A stretch of DNA of 64,000 nucleotides from an uncultured candidate division Zixibacteria bacterium (GTDB lineage: Bacteria; Zixibacteria; MSB-5A5; GN15; FEB-12). The position numbers were made by a program, and so were the translations under genes. Below the pieces are notes generated by a model. It saw only the letters and a program-made list of their open reading frames with translations, did not search any database and was not told where the DNA came from. Of this stretch, positions 61,501 to 64,000 are shown piece by piece; positions within the stretch are counted from its first letter, which is position 1; every line of letters starts with the position of its first letter. The stretch is taken from contig CAVTJJ010000004.1 of the NCBI GenBank assembly GCA_963735035.1, positions 128,001 through 192,000 on the forward strand, in the 5' to 3' direction.

Positions 61501-61528
61501 TTGACTGTTGCGGGAAAACCGATATAAT
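61501..61528 (+). promoter_or_regulatory. sigma70 promoter of tRNA-Glu
   Basis: TTGACT-16 nt-TATAAT, ~20 nt upstream of the tRNA. Confidence 0.75.
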
Positions 61529-61547
61529 AGAGGGCTCTTGTGCAACT

Positions 61548-61619
61548 GACCCCGTCGTCTAGTGGTTAGGACACCGCCCTTTCACGGCGGTAACACGGGT
61601 TCGACTCCCGTCGGGGTCA
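61548..61619 (+). tRNA. tRNA-Glu(TTC), CCA not encoded
   Basis: Acceptor stem GACCCCG/CGGGGTC; D arm GTCTAGTGGTTAGGAC; anticodon arm CCGCC-CTTTCAC-GGCGG; T loop GGTTCGACTCC. Confidence 0.95.
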
Positions 61620-61679
61620 TTATTCTTGGGGTCGACCGGCCGGCATGGCTGCACAGATGATAGCGACATTCTTCCCCTC

Positions 61680-62240
61680 ATGACCTGGCTCACCACTCTC
61701 ATCATCGCCATCGGGCTCGGGATGGACGCCTTCGCGGTCGCATTGGCAGTCGGGTGCCGTCTTCCGAAACTGTCATATCGCCCGCTCTTTCGCCTCTCCT
61801 TCCATTTTGGCCTGTTCCAGTTCCTGATGCCGGTCATCGGCTGGTATGGCGGCACACAGATTGAAGAATACATGCAGGGGTTCGATCACTGGCTCGCGTT
61901 TGGGCTGCTGGTGTTTATCGGGGCAAAGATGATTCACGAGTCGTTCAGTTCCGATGACGACTGTGCGCAACGTCCCGATCCGACCCGCAAATGGAGCCTG
62001 ATAGCGCTGTCGGTGGCGACCAGTATCGACGCGCTCGCGGTCGGGTTGAGTATGGCCTTCCTCAAGATAGAGATATGGACACCGAGTGTCGTGATCGGTG
62101 TGGTTGCGGCGGCGATGACTTTGGTAGGGATGATTTCCGGACGACGATTGGGTGTGCGCTTCGGTCGACGGATGGAGTTGATCGGCGGACTCATTCTGAT
62201 AGCGATCGGGATTAAGATTGTCATTGAGCACGTTATGTAG
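61680..62240 (+). CDS. mntP: Manganese efflux pump MntP
   Basis: GLGMDAFAVAL, FGLFQFLMP, DHWLAF, ATSIDALAVG, ELIGGLILIAIG. Confidence 0.9.
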   Translation: MTWLTTLIIAIGLGMDAFAVALAVGCRLPKLSYRPLFRLSFHFGLFQFLMPVIGWYGGTQIEEYMQGFDHWLAFGLLVFIGAKMIHESFSSDDDCAQRPDPTRKWSLIALSVATSIDALAVGLSMAFLKIEIWTPSVVIGVVAAAMTLVGMISGRRLGVRFGRRMELIGGLILIAIGIKIVIEHVM

Positions 62241-62269
62241 GGCATGTTCGTATTCGCCGGCTCGCCGGG

Positions 62270-62448
62270 GGCTTGTTGAAAAACCTGTCCCAACGTCATT
62301 GCGAGCGCAGATGACCCACCGTCAGGCGGGACATCGTAGCGCAGCAATCTCAAGATCGTTGCGGTAGTGCAATTTGAGATCGCCACGTCTCGCCCCGAAG
62401 CTCGGTCGAGACTCGCGATGATGGGGAGGAGACTCTTTCAACACTCCC
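62270..62448. repeat. GTCATTGCGAG-family palindromic element bounded by short inverted repeats (MITE-like)
   Basis: TGTTGAAA ... TTTCAACA flank a GTCATTGCGAG..GCAATCTC..GAGATCGCCAC..CTCGCGATGA core. Confidence 0.6.
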
Positions 62449-62798
62449 CGGGGCGAGATTCTTATGACATCGGCCGAAAGGCGGTCACCCCCGAGACGTC
62501 GGGGGTCTATGGGCTGCCGCGATTGAGTTAGAATCAGCACAATCGAGAGAACTGACGACCGTAGACATTCTTCTCTTGTATGGACCATTAGGTGCGCAGA
62601 AGACATTCACATCCAGCAACTGACTCTCAAGTGATCCCTTCACATTCTGCCAACGCGAGTGGTCATGGGTGCCCGACCAAGTCGGGCATGACGGGGCTAG
62701 GCGTCCTGTTTCAGAGCCGACCAACCCATGGCAATTGTGGGAAAACAGGTACGAGCTGGCAAATGTGGACCCGTCGCTGTGACCGGGCACGATAAGTC

Positions 62799-62879
62799 TG
62801 TGGCTGGCGGACGTCCCCGTCCACCAGCTTTCTGTACTCATCCAGGTATGTTGGCGCACGAGGACGTACGCCAACCACA
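62799..62879. repeat. Inverted pair of REP-like hairpins
   Basis: TGTGGCTGGCGGACGTCCCCGTCCACCAGC is the approximate reverse complement of GTTGGCGCACGAGGACGTACGCCAACCACA. Confidence 0.65.
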
Positions 62880-63001
62880 ATAATATCCAACGAAGAGATC
62901 CCATGATCTTGACAGATCGGGCCGGATGTCGTTCATTGGTGTATTCCCAATCCGCCTACAGAGGCATCAATTGTGGGATAGACCGACAGGAGGTACGTCC
63001 A

Positions 63002-63514
63002 GTGTCCACGAACCGCGTCGCATTACTGCTTGTAGTCGCTATGTTCTTCTTGTGGCAGCCGGTCGCCTCTCAAGTAACGTCTACAGGCAAATACCGGGTA
63101 AAGCTGAACACGGGGGAACGCTTTGTACTCACATCCGCTACACTTACAAGCGATAGTTTGACCGGGTCTAAAGGTGGTGTCACCCGATCTATCCCATGTC
63201 GAGCCATTCAGTCACTCGAGCATTCGACCGGCGACCACGGCGGGCAGGGTGCTGTGATAGGCCTGGCTCTCGGCTTAACGGGCGCGCTGGTGAGCATCCT
63301 GATGGACAAAAATGATGATTCGGCTGTCGTTCAAGATAGGGACCACGACTTAAAGGTTTTGCTTAGATTAGCAGGAATCGCTGCCAGCGGTACACTAGTG
63401 GGGCTATCATTTGGTCAAGCCTCCGACCGATGGGAGCCTATCCCATGGGGCTCAGTAGTCGGCGGTCGGGCTGATTCCGGTGAACTGAAGCTTCAATTCA
63501 GCCTGAGGTTTTGA
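63002..63514 (+). CDS. Hypothetical exported protein with glycine-zipper-like helices
   Basis: GGAGGT RBS and GTG start; signal peptide; GAVIGLALGLTG and GTLVGLSFG; tandem paralog downstream. Confidence 0.65.
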   Translation: MSTNRVALLLVVAMFFLWQPVASQVTSTGKYRVKLNTGERFVLTSATLTSDSLTGSKGGVTRSIPCRAIQSLEHSTGDHGGQGAVIGLALGLTGALVSILMDKNDDSAVVQDRDHDLKVLLRLAGIAASGTLVGLSFGQASDRWEPIPWGSVVGGRADSGELKLQFSLRF

Positions 63515-63597
63515 CGGCTTTGTCGTGGGCACTGTCACCCGCTGGTCCGCTGGCAGATGACTAAACCAAAGTGATGATTAGATAGGAAGTATTTCCA

Positions 63598-64000
63598 GTG
63601 TTTATGAACCGCATCGCATTACTGCTTGTAATCGCACTGATTTCGCTATGGCAGCCGGTTGCATCTCAAACAAGAGAGTCCGGTAAATTCCGGGTCGAGT
63701 TGAACAACGGAGAACGCTTTGCGCTGACGTCCGTCAGTCTTACGTCAGATAGATTGACGGGGGTCAAGAGAGGTGATACCATATCCTTTCCGACCCTCAC
63801 TGTACATTCGCTTGACCGCTATGTAGGCAGGGGTTACAACACGGGTGCCGTCATAGGCGCCGCTGTCGTTGTGACATGTGCGTTGGTGGCGACCCTGAAG
63901 ATCGATTCTGACGCCTCAGCCCTTCTGCGAGCAAAAGAAGACGACAGCAATATAGCACCTGAGGTATTCGGATACGTCGCCGGCGGCACGTTACTGGGAA
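63598..64000 (+). CDS. Paralog of the 63002 gene; runs off the window
   Basis: Manual translation MNRIALLLVIALISLWQPVASQTRESGKFRVELNNGERFALTS...GAVIG, compared with NRVALLLVVAMFFLWQPVASQVTSTGKYRVKLNTGERFVLTS. Confidence 0.7.
   Translation, partial: MFMNRIALLLVIALISLWQPVASQTRESGKFRVELNNGERFALTSVSLTSDRLTGVKRGDTISFPTLTVHSLDRYVGRGYNTGAVIGAAVVVTCALVATLKIDSDASALLRAKEDDSNIAPEVFGYVAGGTLLG

Noticed and set aside
61548..61640. tRNA-Glu as an island or prophage attachment site
   Set aside because: No integrase and no duplicated tRNA 3' end in the window beyond a 6-nt GGGGTC match.
62485..62904. 139-aa minus-strand ORF as a transposase remnant
   Set aside because: No HUH or DDE motif; the interval is largely made of REP-like palindromes.

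Overview
A 64 kb bacterial chromosomal window, most likely from candidate phylum Zixibacteria or a close FCB-group relative. This is an inference from the many secreted proteins ending in a YPNPFNP...KK(M/A)xLLK T9SS-type-A/FlgD-like C-terminal domain (CTD) and from the style of the dockerin-like modules. The centrepiece is a ~33 kb same-strand cluster (7.1-40.0 kb) of eight secreted proteins built from cohesin-like, dockerin-like, Ig/cadherin-like and CTD modules, with no recognisable catalytic CAZyme domain. It includes a ~4,020 aa repeat adhesin, broken in this sequence by four single-base indels. It looks like a non-cellulosomal cohesin-dockerin surface scaffold. Two paralogous genes near its ends (8556, 38992) share a conserved, apparently structured ~200 nt 5' leader. 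The rest of the window holds two FG-GAP/CTD paralogs, a GNAT, an alpha/beta hydrolase, a GH35-like protein apparently lacking its nucleophile, ggt, a DGC-nagZ-anmK-SpoIID-OmpA-2H peptidoglycan-recycling operon, a GT4, an MFS transporter, tRNA-Glu and mntP. Several families of dispersed and nested REP-like palindromes are also present. No CRISPR array, transposase, integrase or rRNA was seen. Domain calls come from motif recognition by eye, not from database searches.
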